Shown piece after piece: positions 19,744-30,398 of a DNA stretch of 64,000 nucleotides; the stretch's first letter is position 1, and each line of letters begins with the position of its first letter. Under the pieces are notes generated by a model. It saw only the letters and a program-made list of their open reading frames with translations. It made no database searches and was not told the DNA's origin. The DNA is from an uncultured Gammaproteobacteria bacterium (lineage in GTDB: Bacteria; Patescibacteriota; Microgenomatia; CAYQLK01): contig CAYOLO010000001.1 in assembly GCA_964404855.1 (NCBI GenBank), positions 30,245-94,244 of the forward strand, written 5' to 3'. The position numbers and the translations under genes are program-made.

Positions 19744-20733
19744 CTAATCCGTAACACATTGTGCGTATACACCCCTCATTCTCTCTGGCAATAGTTTGGC
19801 AATTTGAACTCCTAAAATGTCAGCATTATTAATGTTAGATTCTGGATTATTCTTATCTCTGCTTATGGTAAAAGACTGACCTATTCTCATTTGATAGGTG
19901 GATTTTGCGCGATTAAACCAAAAACCGATTGGTAACATAGGAACCCTCATGGCGCCAGCTAATTCGGCTAACTTACCAGCCATAGGATCAACTTGATGTA
20001 ACTCAAATTCGTCCTTTCCAGTAGGATATAAGATAAGAACATCACCGTTCCGAAATACTTTTGGAATTTCTCGGGAGTGAGTATTTGTTGGAATCATTCC
20101 AAATACCACAGAGGTGTTAAACAAAACTTGATTTGCAACATTGTTGGCCTGACCGACAACTTTTTCAACGCTAGCATGAATGCTTTGACTTATTGGTGGT
20201 GTCAAATGTGGATAAACCAAATTAAGGCGAGTATTTTTTTCTGTTTTTTCTACAAGTCTTTTTTCATTTTCGATAACTGGAATAAAATTTCTTGTTTCCC
20301 CATCAGGCAGATGTTCACTCACAGCATGAGCCATAATCGGAGCCTGAGGCATGCCTTTGTGTATGCCACGATTGAAGTGATTCGAAATAATAACAAATGA
20401 TCCTGTTTGGGGAATATGTTCCTGACCAGATACATTAACACCGTGTTCAAAGTATGATTTTAATTTTTCGTCTTTTAAGGGATGGGAAAATGGGTTACCG
20501 TTTGCAATATCAACAAGTACTTGTTCAAATGCTGCTTTGGCCGTTGGATCCTTAAGGTTTTGGCCTGGACCACTATATTCCATAGATAAATGATAAGCTC
20601 GCATTCCAATACGCTCAACTTTGTTTAGGGGGCGGGTAGCGTCAGGTTTTTCAAAATAATATGGCTCTTTTTCTTTCATAAAGGTTTTTTGAGTTTGGCA
20701 AAGTATATTACTACTAATCAGGCTGAAAAACAA
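19744..20733 (-). CDS. acyltransferase (LPLAT)-like protein with degenerate HX4D motif; start likely at the internal MKEKEPYY
   Basis: ISNHFNRG, YPTGKD and VPMLPIG resemble LPLAT motifs I, III and IV, but the catalytic Asp is absent. Confidence 0.3.
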   Translation of the reverse strand: MFFSLISSNILCQTQKTFMKEKEPYYFEKPDATRPLNKVERIGMRAYHLSMEYSGPGQNLKDPTAKAAFEQVLVDIANGNPFSHPLKDEKLKSYFEHGVNVSGQEHIPQTGSFVIISNHFNRGIHKGMPQAPIMAHAVSEHLPDGETRNFIPVIENEKRLVEKTEKNTRLNLVYPHLTPPISQSIHASVEKVVGQANNVANQVLFNTSVVFGMIPTNTHSREIPKVFRNGDVLILYPTGKDEFELHQVDPMAGKLAELAGAMRVPMLPIGFWFNRAKSTYQMRIGQSFTISRDKNNPESNINNADILGVQIAKLLPERMRGVYAQCVTD

Positions 20734-20767
20734 CCCATAGTGTTATGAAAATTGATTATTAGAGAAA

Positions 20768-21163
20768 TTACTTTTTTTTAAAAAACCTGCGAGTTTTTTT
20801 AGTTGGAGCTTCAACCGCTTCAGAAGTATTTACAGGACTTGTTGTTTCAACAATATTATCACTTGGGGATTCAGAATCGCGAGGTAAAAGCTTGTCAATA
20901 TTTAAGCTGCCGATTGTTTTAATACTTTCAATCGTTTCGTTCACACTGTCTTTAAGGTCTACAGCTTTTTCTTTTACCTCATTTTCGGCAATATGAAGTG
21001 TTTTTTGTGGATCTTCAACAATATTTTCTAATGATTTTTTAACATAGTCGTAAAGTTCTGGAGTCTTTTTTCTTCCGGAATCAGAAATAAAATAAGCCAC
21101 ACCAGCACCAATTGCCGTACCAATTAAAAAACTAACAGTGATATTCTTTTTTTCGTCGTCCAT
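20768..21163 (-). CDS. YtxH-like small membrane protein (N-terminal TM helix plus coiled coil)
   Basis: Architecture and the GTAIGAGVAYF segment. Confidence 0.35.
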   Translation of the reverse strand: MDDEKKNITVSFLIGTAIGAGVAYFISDSGRKKTPELYDYVKKSLENIVEDPQKTLHIAENEVKEKAVDLKDSVNETIESIKTIGSLNIDKLLPRDSESPSDNIVETTSPVNTSEAVEAPTKKTRRFFKKK

Positions 21164-21411
21164 TACTTGCGATTGGCGAACTTTTCAACAATTCCAATTC
21201 CTGCCTGAATTCCAGAAGTAAGATTTGCCAGCGAACTAACTGGCTGTTTAACACTTTCGGTTATATCGCCTGTATCATCTAAGATTCGATTCATTTTCCT
21301 GAGACTGACCCTTAGGTCCTTAAGTAGTTGATAGACTTGATACCCAATAAAAAGAATAGCGGCCGTAACGATAATTGCGATTAGGAGAATAATAAATTGA
21401 ACAGGATCCAT
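21163..21411 (-). CDS. small single-TM protein
   Basis: 82 aa. N-terminal TM helix. Confidence 0.4.
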   Translation of the reverse strand: MDPVQFIILLIAIIVTAAILFIGYQVYQLLKDLRVSLRKMNRILDDTGDITESVKQPVSSLANLTSGIQAGIGIVEKFANRK

Positions 21412-21495
21412 ATGGGCAGTATTGTTTTTATAATGACTCTGGGGGTAATTTTATCAAAGTGGGCGTGTAAGTCAACGACGGTTTGGCCGTGAAAA

Positions 21496-22134
21496 TTACT
21501 GCGGATTATAAAATATTGTGAGATTCTTGGTTGTTTTCCTATTGTTTCTGTCAATTGAGACTATTTCATATTTATTCAAGCCTGAATCAAGAATTACAGG
21601 TTTTGAAAATTCACCCTTAGTGGTCAGCGAAGTCTGATTATTATTAATAAAAAGAGTCGAATCTGGGCCGGTTTTACCGGTGATAAAAATATTTTTGGTG
21701 TTAAATTCTTGATTGTCCTGCGGAGATACAATGTTTAAATTAGGACCAGATGATAGAGAAAAAAATAAATTGCCAAAGTAGAACAAAAACAAAAATGCAA
21801 TTACAGCAATTGCAAGGTAAAAAATTCTCTGAGGTGTTACAGAAAATATCGAGTTGGATAATTGAGTTAGAAATGGCTTAGCCATGGCTAAATTATCAGG
21901 CTTATCTGTCTCTCTGCGATAAAGGGCTACAATATTATCGGGGTCAAGATTTAAAAAAATTGCGTAATTTCTAATAAATCCTTTTATAAATGTAGATGGG
22001 GGTAGATTATTAAAGTCACCTTCTTCAATTTTTGACAGTACAGTTTTTTTTATTTTTATTTCGTGTTCAATGCGCTCGAGCGTATAGCCTTTTTTTAACC
22101 TCTCACTTCTTAACTTTTCGCCGGACTTTTGCAT
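21496..22134 (-). CDS. rodZ: RodZ-like protein (N-terminal XRE-type HTH followed by a TM helix)
   Basis: The HTH LKKGYTLERIEHEIKIKKTVLSKIEEGDF, then a TM helix and an extracytoplasmic tail. Confidence 0.5.
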   Translation of the reverse strand: MQKSGEKLRSERLKKGYTLERIEHEIKIKKTVLSKIEEGDFNNLPPSTFIKGFIRNYAIFLNLDPDNIVALYRRETDKPDNLAMAKPFLTQLSNSIFSVTPQRIFYLAIAVIAFLFLFYFGNLFFSLSSGPNLNIVSPQDNQEFNTKNIFITGKTGPDSTLFINNNQTSLTTKGEFSKPVILDSGLNKYEIVSIDRNNRKTTKNLTIFYNPQ

Positions 22135-22173
22135 AGTGGAGGTATTTTACAACCTCAGCGTGAGTTTTTAAAA

Positions 22174-24276
22174 TTAATCTATTTTTTCCTGAGTAGAATC
22201 GCTGGAATTACCAAGTACGAGTGATGGATCAGTAATCAATAATTCGCGAGGTTTTGACCCATCACGAGGACCAACAACCCCTGCATCCTCTAATTGGTCG
22301 ATAATTTTAGCTGATCTGGCATAACCGACGCCTAGTTTACGCATCAAAAAGGAAGAGGAGGCTTGATTTTGAGAGATAATTGCGTACAAAGCTTCTTCAA
22401 ACAACGGGTCGCGATCACTTGCTCCCCCACCAATTCCTCCAGCACTTCGACCAACGGCCATACTAGTAATCTCTTCGACATATTCAGGTTCTTGACCGCT
22501 ACTCTTTAGGAATGAAACTAGATTATGAATCTCGTCGTTACTTACATATACACCTTGAATGCGAGCTGTTTTTGATGAATCTGGCGGAACATATAACATA
22601 TCTCCCTTGCCTAAGAGTTTTTCAGCACCTGACATGTCAATAATTACTCTAGAGTCAGTTTGGGAAGTGACATTGAAAGCAATACGTGTTGGAATATTAG
22701 CCTTGATTACACCAGTTATGACATCCACTGAAGGTCTCTGTGTTGCCAAAATCAAGTGAATACCAACAGCACGAGCCATTTGGGCAAGACGGACGATTGC
22801 CTGCTCTACCTCGATGGCTGCTAGCTTCATAACAGTATTAAGCTCATCAATGACAATAACTATAAACGGCATAGCTTGAAAACCAGACTGACGATTATAT
22901 TCATCAATGTTTTTGACGCCAGCCTGAGACAAAAGTTCATATCTATTATCCATTTCTCTAACTGACCACTTCAGAGCTGAAAGTGTTTTTTCTGGCTCGA
23001 CAATTACTGGATTGAGTAAATGAGGTATACCATTAAATGGGGCAAGTTCTACTCTTTTCGGGTCTACGAGAATAAATTTTACTTCGTCTGGATTGGCTCT
23101 AAATAAAATGGAGCAAATAATTGAGTTAATTAAAACCGATTTACCTGAACCAGTAGTACCCGCAACAAGAATGTGTGGCATTTTGCTGATATCAGCAACA
23201 AGGGGTTGACCTGAAATATCTAATCCTAATGCAAAGGCAAGTTTTGATTTTTCGGACTGCATGTTTTTGCTAGTGAGCATTTGACGCAGATTGAGAGTCT
23301 CTCTTTTTAAATTGGGAATTTCTATGCCGATTAGCGACTTACCAGGAATTGGTGCTTCGATTCTAACGTTACCGGTTTGAGTCGCTAGAGCCATCGCAAG
23401 ATCTGATCCAAGATTCACAATTTTTGATACTTTTGTTCCAAGTGGCAGACTTATTGCATATTGGGTAACGGTAGGCCCTGGGTTATATTCAACAACTTTT
23501 GCTTGAATTGAGAAACTTTCGAGAACTTTTTCAATTGTGTGGGCATTCTTGTTAACATCTCCTCTGTCGGCTTGCTCACCAGAGTCGGAAGAAAGTATGG
23601 AAAGGGGTGGATATTGCCAAGCTCGTCTTGTTTTTGGAACATTGGTTTGAGCCTTGTTAGGAATTTCTGGCCGAAATTTTTCAACATCATCTTCTTTTGG
23701 GGCAGCGATTTCTACTGTGCTGTTTTGCTGATATTGATGTCCAACTGTAATTCCCTTAGGCTTGGGGCTTTTTTTGAAAATCTTACTTAGGTTGCCAACC
23801 GTTAGTGCATAGGCCTCACTAAACGGTGTATCTGTAGCTAGAATTAACCCTGAAGCTAAACCAAAACCGACAACTATTATTCCACCTAAGGGGGTTAATA
23901 TTTCCGAAAGCGTTAACCAAACTACTGACCCAATAATGCCAGATGACTCAGAAGAGAATGCGGAGGTAAAAGAAATCATTGAAACAACAACGATAAAAAT
24001 ACCTAAAATCAAATTTACTTTTATGAATTTGAGTCTTAAGCCTAATAAGAACAATCCGCAGACAATACCTAATATTGCAATGACAAAAGCCGACCAGCCA
24101 AAAATAAACTTGAGAGTGACTGAAAAATAAGATAGCCCACCGGAGGGTTCAAAGACCGATAATAAACTTAAGAGCGAAAAAACTAAGATTGCTAGCGCAA
24201 ATATGCTTTTGATTGTCGAACCCTTAAGAAGCTTAGATTTTTTTTGTTTCTTAAGCCTTTTTTTGTACTTTCTCAT
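22174..24276 (-). CDS. ftsK: DNA translocase FtsK/SpoIIIE
   Basis: N-terminal TM helices. Walker A GTTGSGKSV. C-terminal gamma-type winged helix. Confidence 0.9.
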   Translation of the reverse strand: MRKYKKRLKKQKKSKLLKGSTIKSIFALAILVFSLLSLLSVFEPSGGLSYFSVTLKFIFGWSAFVIAILGIVCGLFLLGLRLKFIKVNLILGIFIVVVSMISFTSAFSSESSGIIGSVVWLTLSEILTPLGGIIVVGFGLASGLILATDTPFSEAYALTVGNLSKIFKKSPKPKGITVGHQYQQNSTVEIAAPKEDDVEKFRPEIPNKAQTNVPKTRRAWQYPPLSILSSDSGEQADRGDVNKNAHTIEKVLESFSIQAKVVEYNPGPTVTQYAISLPLGTKVSKIVNLGSDLAMALATQTGNVRIEAPIPGKSLIGIEIPNLKRETLNLRQMLTSKNMQSEKSKLAFALGLDISGQPLVADISKMPHILVAGTTGSGKSVLINSIICSILFRANPDEVKFILVDPKRVELAPFNGIPHLLNPVIVEPEKTLSALKWSVREMDNRYELLSQAGVKNIDEYNRQSGFQAMPFIVIVIDELNTVMKLAAIEVEQAIVRLAQMARAVGIHLILATQRPSVDVITGVIKANIPTRIAFNVTSQTDSRVIIDMSGAEKLLGKGDMLYVPPDSSKTARIQGVYVSNDEIHNLVSFLKSSGQEPEYVEEITSMAVGRSAGGIGGGASDRDPLFEEALYAIISQNQASSSFLMRKLGVGYARSAKIIDQLEDAGVVGPRDGSKPRELLITDPSLVLGNSSDSTQEKID

Positions 24277-24309
24277 TGGCAGGTTAAATTAGTCGGCAGG
24301 TTTTTAAAC

Positions 24310-26028
24310 CTATACTTCTATCGTAAATATTAATACTAATGGTCGTTTACGATATTCTTCTAGAAAATATCTCTCCAAGGATTCTTTAATCCGATGCCTT
24401 AAAGAATTAGAATCAATTAGAGACCTGTTGTCCATTACTTTTGAGATACTTCTCTTAGAGGACCTAATTATCTCATTTTTGTCAATTTTTATGAAGCCTC
24501 TAGTAATTATTTCAGGGTCTTGATACAAGGAACCATCTTCATGATTTATTTTGAGAATTGCTAAGACAATACCATCAGAAGATAATGTTCGTCTGTCTTT
24601 GAGAATTGCTTCGTCAATCTCACCAGCTTCGAGGCTATCAACAAAAATATTTTCTGCTGGAATTATTTTGCCATAAGTAATCTTTTGGTTATAAATAATT
24701 ACCTCTTGAGCAGGTTTAGGAATTAAAATATTTTCATTTTTGTAACCCATCGCAGAAGCAATTCGACCATATTGTTTCATTTGTCTTAAAGAACCTCCGA
24801 TCGGTAAAACATTTTTAGCTTTGGTAAGAGCCATCATCAGTTTGAGGTCCATTTCGGCACCGTGACCAGAAACGTGTAAATCTTCCAAAATCGAGGAATA
24901 ATAAACCTCAACACCAAGTGCGGTTAACGAGTTAATCATATTATCGACTGCTGTTTCGTTACCAGGAATTGGGTCTGCGGAAAAAACAACAGCATCGCCC
25001 GAAGCTAAAGTAACTTTGCGGTGTTCTCCGGTAACTGCCATTGACAAAGCGGACTCAGGTTGGGCTTGAGAGCCTGCAACAATTACCACCAAATCATTGC
25101 GGTGATGTTGAATGGCTTCAGGTTTAACTAACATTTTTTTGGGAATATTAATAAAACCTAAATTTTGTGCAATCGTAATATTTCGATCGATTGATCTACC
25201 GACCAAAGCAACTTTTCGATTAAACTTGACGGCTGATTGAACGGCCTGGTCAATTCTTGAAATGTTTGACGAGGCAGTTGTGATATATACGTTACCTTTT
25301 GTTTTAGATACCACTTTGTCAAATGAATCTTGGATTTTGACTTCTGATAAAGTGTAGCCTTTTTTCTCACTACGCAAACAGTCAGACAAAAGCAAAAAGA
25401 CGCCGTTCTCTTCACCGGCAATTTGAGAAATTCTTGTGGCGTCCGAAGCACGACCGTCAACTGGGGTCCAGTCGAACTTAAAGTCAGGAGAATGATAAAT
25501 CGTATAACCCTTAACTTTAAGCACAATGCCTTTTGAGTCAGGCACCGAATGGGTGATGTGAACAAATTCTGCCTTAAAGTCCCCGAAACTGTAAGTTTTG
25601 CCCTCTTCAATTGTATGAATCTGAAAACGGTTTCCTCCTTTGGTTTGTTCAAGTTTACCTTTAATAAAACCAGCGGTGAGTTTTGCTGTAAAAACCGGCA
25701 CGGGAATTTTGGGCAATATATAAGGTAGTCCACCCATATGATCCTCGTGAGCGTGACTAATCAAAAATGCCCTGACTTTTTTAAATTTTTCGGGCTGCAT
25801 TAGATAAGATATGTCTGGCAAGACAAAGTCGATTCCTAAGTTGGTTTCGTCAGGGAATCCAATACCACAATCTAAAACGATAATATCGTTCTCCGTCTCA
25901 TAAACAAAAAAGTTTTTAGTAACTGTACCGACACCACCAAGTCCTATGATTTTGATATCAAAAGGGTTTTTAGTCTGTGGCGTTAGAGAATTAGGATTAT
26001 TAACATTTCTAGGTTTGAATGTTTTCAT
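24310..26028 (-). CDS. rnj: ribonuclease J (metallo-beta-lactamase/beta-CASP)
   Basis: HAHEDHMGG motif. About 570 aa. RNase J architecture. Confidence 0.85.
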   Translation of the reverse strand: MKTFKPRNVNNPNSLTPQTKNPFDIKIIGLGGVGTVTKNFFVYETENDIIVLDCGIGFPDETNLGIDFVLPDISYLMQPEKFKKVRAFLISHAHEDHMGGLPYILPKIPVPVFTAKLTAGFIKGKLEQTKGGNRFQIHTIEEGKTYSFGDFKAEFVHITHSVPDSKGIVLKVKGYTIYHSPDFKFDWTPVDGRASDATRISQIAGEENGVFLLLSDCLRSEKKGYTLSEVKIQDSFDKVVSKTKGNVYITTASSNISRIDQAVQSAVKFNRKVALVGRSIDRNITIAQNLGFINIPKKMLVKPEAIQHHRNDLVVIVAGSQAQPESALSMAVTGEHRKVTLASGDAVVFSADPIPGNETAVDNMINSLTALGVEVYYSSILEDLHVSGHGAEMDLKLMMALTKAKNVLPIGGSLRQMKQYGRIASAMGYKNENILIPKPAQEVIIYNQKITYGKIIPAENIFVDSLEAGEIDEAILKDRRTLSSDGIVLAILKINHEDGSLYQDPEIITRGFIKIDKNEIIRSSKRSISKVMDNRSLIDSNSLRHRIKESLERYFLEEYRKRPLVLIFTIEV

Positions 26029-26197
26029 GATTGATTTTGTCTTGTTATTTAATTATAAGTTTTTTCTAGTTAAACAATAAAAGTAATTTAAAAATATTAT
26101 TCACAAGCTAAACTTATTTTAACTGTTCATTACAAGCCTTGAATTCTACTACAAATTGAGTTTTTTTATTGGTTTATAATTGTTTAACTGATTTCTA

Positions 26198-27381
26198 ATG
26201 CCAAGCAAAAAAAGACTATTTATTTTCTCATTATTCTCTATACTATTTTTAACTGGAGTTTTTTCTAAATCTTTAACTAGTTATTTGCCTGATTTTGCTA
26301 CCAATATTGGTGGCGTTGGTGATAAAAATATTGCTCAACTGAAAAAGTGTGAGGAAAAACCTTATGATTCAATACAGTTTGACAATTCAGAAAGAAGTAT
26401 TTGTTATAAATCAAGCATTACCAAGCTAATCAGTGACGAGTCTTTAGGTGCGACAATAAAAACCTTGAAGGCTTATATGCAAACAGATGAGGGTAAAGTA
26501 CTAAACGGCAGGAGATGCCACGATCTTGGACATGGAATTGGAATTGAGGCTGTAAAAAGAGGTATCCCAAGTAAAGAAATATTAACTGAGTGTGCGGACT
26601 GGTGTGTTGGCGGTTGTCTAAATGGTGCGGCGCATGTATATGTTCTTACTGACCATCAACCGGAAGAGTTAGTAAGTTTTTGCAATGTAGGTGGAGTTGC
26701 TGAAAATCTAAAAAGGATGTGCTACCACGGACTTGGCCATGGATATATGGAGGCAAATAGTGCTGACATAACAAAGACAATGGATTTTTGCGAACAAATA
26801 CCGTCCGAGCTTGGGCAGTACGAGTGTGGGCATGCTGCTGTTATGGATTATGCGCTTCTGTACACAGCACCAGTAAGAACAATTCCAGAAGATATTGTTG
26901 GTTTTTGCGACTCTAAGCAGGCGGTTTTTCGTCCTAGTTGTTATGAATTTGTTGGGTTTTTGGCATATTCAAGAACGGTCGATACTAAAGACTCGTTTGC
27001 TGCCTGTAAAAAAATACCTATGGAATATAGAGAAAATTGCCAAGAAAGAATTGGTGAAGCTTACTTTTCAATTCTCGGACGTGATCCTGAAAAAATAGTA
27101 AAAGGATGTGAAATTGGAAATGGAGAGGAGACCGTTGTATGAAAGGGGCAGTAAGATCTTCAATTTATGGCGCAGATAGTTCTTTTGGCGGGTTGGGGGC
27201 AAGGTTCTGCTCTCTATTAATAAGCGAAGGTTCGAGAATAATTTGTTTTGAATTTTTGGGTGGAGAAATAGAATCAGTTCACGGACAAGAGAGAAGAACA
27301 GAGACCTGTAATGAGTTGTCAGGAGCAGACAAAAAAAACTGTCAAAAGATCAGACAAGAAAGAGATATGACGATTAAATAA
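26198..27381 (+). pseudogene. Cys/His-rich paralog family member 10, interrupted by a 1-nt frameshift near 27130 (ORFs 26198-27142 and 27139-27381)
   Basis: The 80-aa downstream ORF (KGAVRSSIYGADSSFG...CNELSGADKKNC) aligns to the C-terminus of the 27384-28589 paralog (KGANIFSIHTPDSSFG...CETLTSIDKKSC). Confidence 0.55.
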
Positions 27382-27383
27382 GA

Positions 27384-28589
27384 ATGAGAATGAAAATGAA
27401 AATTAAAACCTTTGCCAAACCATATGTAATATTTTTTTTCGTTTTGGTAATTGGTATTGTGTCTAATATTTTTTTTGATTTACCAAAAGGAATATCTACA
27501 ACAAAAATTAACTCTCAACTTACAATACAAATGGAGGCTTGTGAAATCTATGAGTATTCAGACAGTAATTTTTTAGCCTCTGAGAGACGCACTTGTTACA
27601 ACGATAAAATTTTTAGCCATATACGCGAAAACGGCTTGAAAAGTACCCTCCTGGGACTTGAAGATTATATGAAAACTGAACAGGGATCGTATTTAGTCGG
27701 AACACGCTGTCATGATATTGGGCATGGTATTGGTATTGAGGCTGTAAAAGCTGGATATTCATCAAGAGAGATTTTGGAAACTTGTAGTACATCGTGTGAA
27801 GGTGGATGTTTAAATGGTGCGGGGCATGTATTTATTACAACGCTATCCAGAAATGGAGACTTAAATAGTTTTTGTGATTTGGATGGAATCAATAAAACGG
27901 TTCGCGATATGTGTTTTCATGGAATTGGACATGGACTGATGGAATATTACAGTTTGGATATTCCAAAAGTAATAAAGGATTGCCAAAGAATTGAAAAAAA
28001 TTCCGATAAATTTCAATGCGGACATGCGGCATTTATGGATACTAATTTAGTTAACCAAGCTCCTTTTGATAAAATCCCAAAAAAACTTTATGAGTACTGT
28101 AAAGAACTTGAAGAGGTACTAAGATATTCTTGTTATCAATTTGGCGGATTTTTGACTTTTGTTAGAGATCTAGATATTAATGAGTCATTCGATTTTTGTA
28201 CAAAAGTTCCAACTCAGATTTCTAATATCTGTTTTTCAAGAATTGGTGAGTCTGCATATTTGCGCAATAATGGGGATGCACAAAAAACTTTGGGGCTATG
28301 TAAGCGCGTAGAAAATAATCAGTTCAGAAGTTGCTTAAAGGGGGCTAATATTTTTTCAATTCATACCCCAGATAGTTCTTTTGGGACTAAAGCAAAAAAT
28401 ATTTGCTTAGCAGTTGAGGGAGAAGTTAGGTCGGGATGTCTGTCTGATTTGGGGGCAATGATTGTTAAAACTTACGGCAATGAGCAGTTAAATACTTTTT
28501 GTGAAACTTTAACCAGTATCGATAAAAAAAGTTGTTTTGAAATAAATCAGTCAATAATTAATGAACCTGATTTTGTACAGGCAGATTAA
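27384..28589 (+). CDS. secreted Cys/His-rich paralog family member 11
   Basis: Motifs RCHDIGHGIG, CEGGCLNGAGH, CFHGIGHG and CGHAAFMD. Confidence 0.6.
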   Translation: MRMKMKIKTFAKPYVIFFFVLVIGIVSNIFFDLPKGISTTKINSQLTIQMEACEIYEYSDSNFLASERRTCYNDKIFSHIRENGLKSTLLGLEDYMKTEQGSYLVGTRCHDIGHGIGIEAVKAGYSSREILETCSTSCEGGCLNGAGHVFITTLSRNGDLNSFCDLDGINKTVRDMCFHGIGHGLMEYYSLDIPKVIKDCQRIEKNSDKFQCGHAAFMDTNLVNQAPFDKIPKKLYEYCKELEEVLRYSCYQFGGFLTFVRDLDINESFDFCTKVPTQISNICFSRIGESAYLRNNGDAQKTLGLCKRVENNQFRSCLKGANIFSIHTPDSSFGTKAKNICLAVEGEVRSGCLSDLGAMIVKTYGNEQLNTFCETLTSIDKKSCFEINQSIINEPDFVQAD

Positions 28590-29212
28590 AGTAATTCTTC
28601 TTGAATAACACTAATTTCTGAATCTAATTTAGGATTATCTTTAATTTTTGATTCGTCTAAAATAATTTTAAGTTTTTGAAAATCGTTCTCTAGCTCTTTT
28701 AAAATGTTGCCTGCTCTAAGGGCGGCAGCGGGGTGGTACAACGGGAAAAGATGATATTTTCCAACTTGATAAGACCTGCCATGAGCTTGAGATATTTTTT
28801 CTTCTGGTAAAAAAAGATTCATTGAAAACCTACCCAAGGTTGCAATTACTTTGGGCTGAATAATTTGTATTTGTCGTTTTAGGAAAGGAGTATAAATTTT
28901 AATTTCTTCTGGGGTTGGATCACGATTCTCTGGTGGCCTGTGTTTAATAATGTTTGTTATAAAAATATCTTCTCTGTTTAAAGATATGCTGTCTAACATT
29001 TTGTCTAAAAGTTTACCTGCATTCCCAACAAAAGGCTTACCTTTTTGATCTTCGAAAAAACCTGGCGCTTCGCCGATAAACAAAATATCAGCATCTGGAT
29101 TACCGTCACCTGGGACGGATTGTGTGGCCGTTTTGTAAAGAGTGCCAAGGCGTAGATTTTTGACCTCTTCAGCAACTTGACCAAGGAGTTCTTGTTTTTC
29201 TTTTACTGTCAC
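28586..29212 (-). CDS. uracil-DNA glycosylase, family 4
   Basis: GEAPGFFEDQKGKPFVGNAGKLL signature. Confidence 0.85.
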   Translation of the reverse strand: MTVKEKQELLGQVAEEVKNLRLGTLYKTATQSVPGDGNPDADILFIGEAPGFFEDQKGKPFVGNAGKLLDKMLDSISLNREDIFITNIIKHRPPENRDPTPEEIKIYTPFLKRQIQIIQPKVIATLGRFSMNLFLPEEKISQAHGRSYQVGKYHLFPLYHPAAALRAGNILKELENDFQKLKIILDESKIKDNPKLDSEISVIQEELL

Positions 29213-29260
29213 GTTATTTGATGATAATTTTAAAAGCGTTTAGATATTAATTGCTAAAGC

Positions 29261-30307
29261 TTACCACGATGGAACAAAATCTTTAATGTTTTCTTCGGTG
29301 ATATGAAAATCTTTATTTTGGGTTTGAATTACCTGAAACGCGATACGCCTAGCAATACCACTAATAGTTCTCTCCAAGGACCTCATTCCACCGTCAAATC
29401 CGAGCGGTCTAATAATTTTTGACCAAACACCATCATCAACTGCAATTCTTACATCACTAAGACCTGAATTTTTAATAACTTTTGGGAAAATATATTTTTG
29501 GGCAATAACAAGTTTTTCTTCATCCGTATAAGATGGCATTTGTATTGGCTCAAGACGGTCCATGACAGCGGTTGCAATATTACCTGTATTGTTGGCCGTA
29601 GCCACAAACAGGACATCTGATAAATTAACGGGATAATCAAGATAATGGTCTGTAAAAGCTGAGTTTTGTTCTGGGTCAAGAAGCTCAACCAAGACACCCA
29701 TAATATCGTTTCTGGTTTCGGTTGAAACTCTATCTATTTCGTCTAAAAGTAAAACTGGATTACGGCTTTTGGCTCTTTTTAAGGCTTTTATGATTAAGCC
29801 AGGTTCTGCATCAGGATAGGCCCTGGATTGTCCGCGCAATTGAATTGAGTCCCCCATTCCTCCAAAAGGAATACGAATAAATTCTCTACCCATGGCTTCG
29901 GCAATTGATATTGCCATTGTGGTTTTTCCTGTTCCAACTAGTCCAATAAGAAATAAAATTGGCGCTCTGGAAACACCGGCGTTTTGTATTAATTGGAGTT
30001 TAAGTACCGAAAGATATTCGATGATTCTGGTCTTAATTGGATCCAGTCCGTAGTGATTTTTGTCAAAAACTTCCTTGGCTTTCGTGAGATCAAGCAAGTC
30101 GTTGGTTTTGGAGTTCCATGGCATAGAGACAATCCAATCAATATATCTACTGACGGCTTCGTATTCGTTACTGTAACTTCCGAGTGTAACCATACGCTCA
30201 AGTCTGGTCAGTTGGGAATTAACTTTTTCCAATAGATCAGGAGGAAGCTGAACTTGTTGAACTTTTTGAGCGAGTTTTGCGATGTCTTCTTGGGCAGTTT
30301 GGGGCAT
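29261..30307 (-). CDS. Lon-type AAA+ ATPase without a recognisable S16 peptidase domain
   Basis: GLVGTGKTT (Walker A), LLLDEIDR (Walker B), close to the Lon ATPase module. The C-terminus lacks a Ser-Lys dyad region. Confidence 0.6.
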   Translation of the reverse strand: MPQTAQEDIAKLAQKVQQVQLPPDLLEKVNSQLTRLERMVTLGSYSNEYEAVSRYIDWIVSMPWNSKTNDLLDLTKAKEVFDKNHYGLDPIKTRIIEYLSVLKLQLIQNAGVSRAPILFLIGLVGTGKTTMAISIAEAMGREFIRIPFGGMGDSIQLRGQSRAYPDAEPGLIIKALKRAKSRNPVLLLDEIDRVSTETRNDIMGVLVELLDPEQNSAFTDHYLDYPVNLSDVLFVATANNTGNIATAVMDRLEPIQMPSYTDEEKLVIAQKYIFPKVIKNSGLSDVRIAVDDGVWSKIIRPLGFDGGMRSLERTISGIARRIAFQVIQTQNKDFHITEENIKDFVPSW

Positions 30308-30362
30308 ATAGGAATTTTAACGGAAAAAAAGTAATTTAGCTATGAAGTTTTAATTTGAGTTT

Positions 30363-30398
30363 AAAAAAAATACACCCCACCGAAATCTAGTGGGGTGT
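30363..30398 (-). terminator. intrinsic terminator
   Basis: ACACCCCAC / GTGGGGTGT hairpin followed by an 8-nt T-run on the minus strand. Confidence 0.65.
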
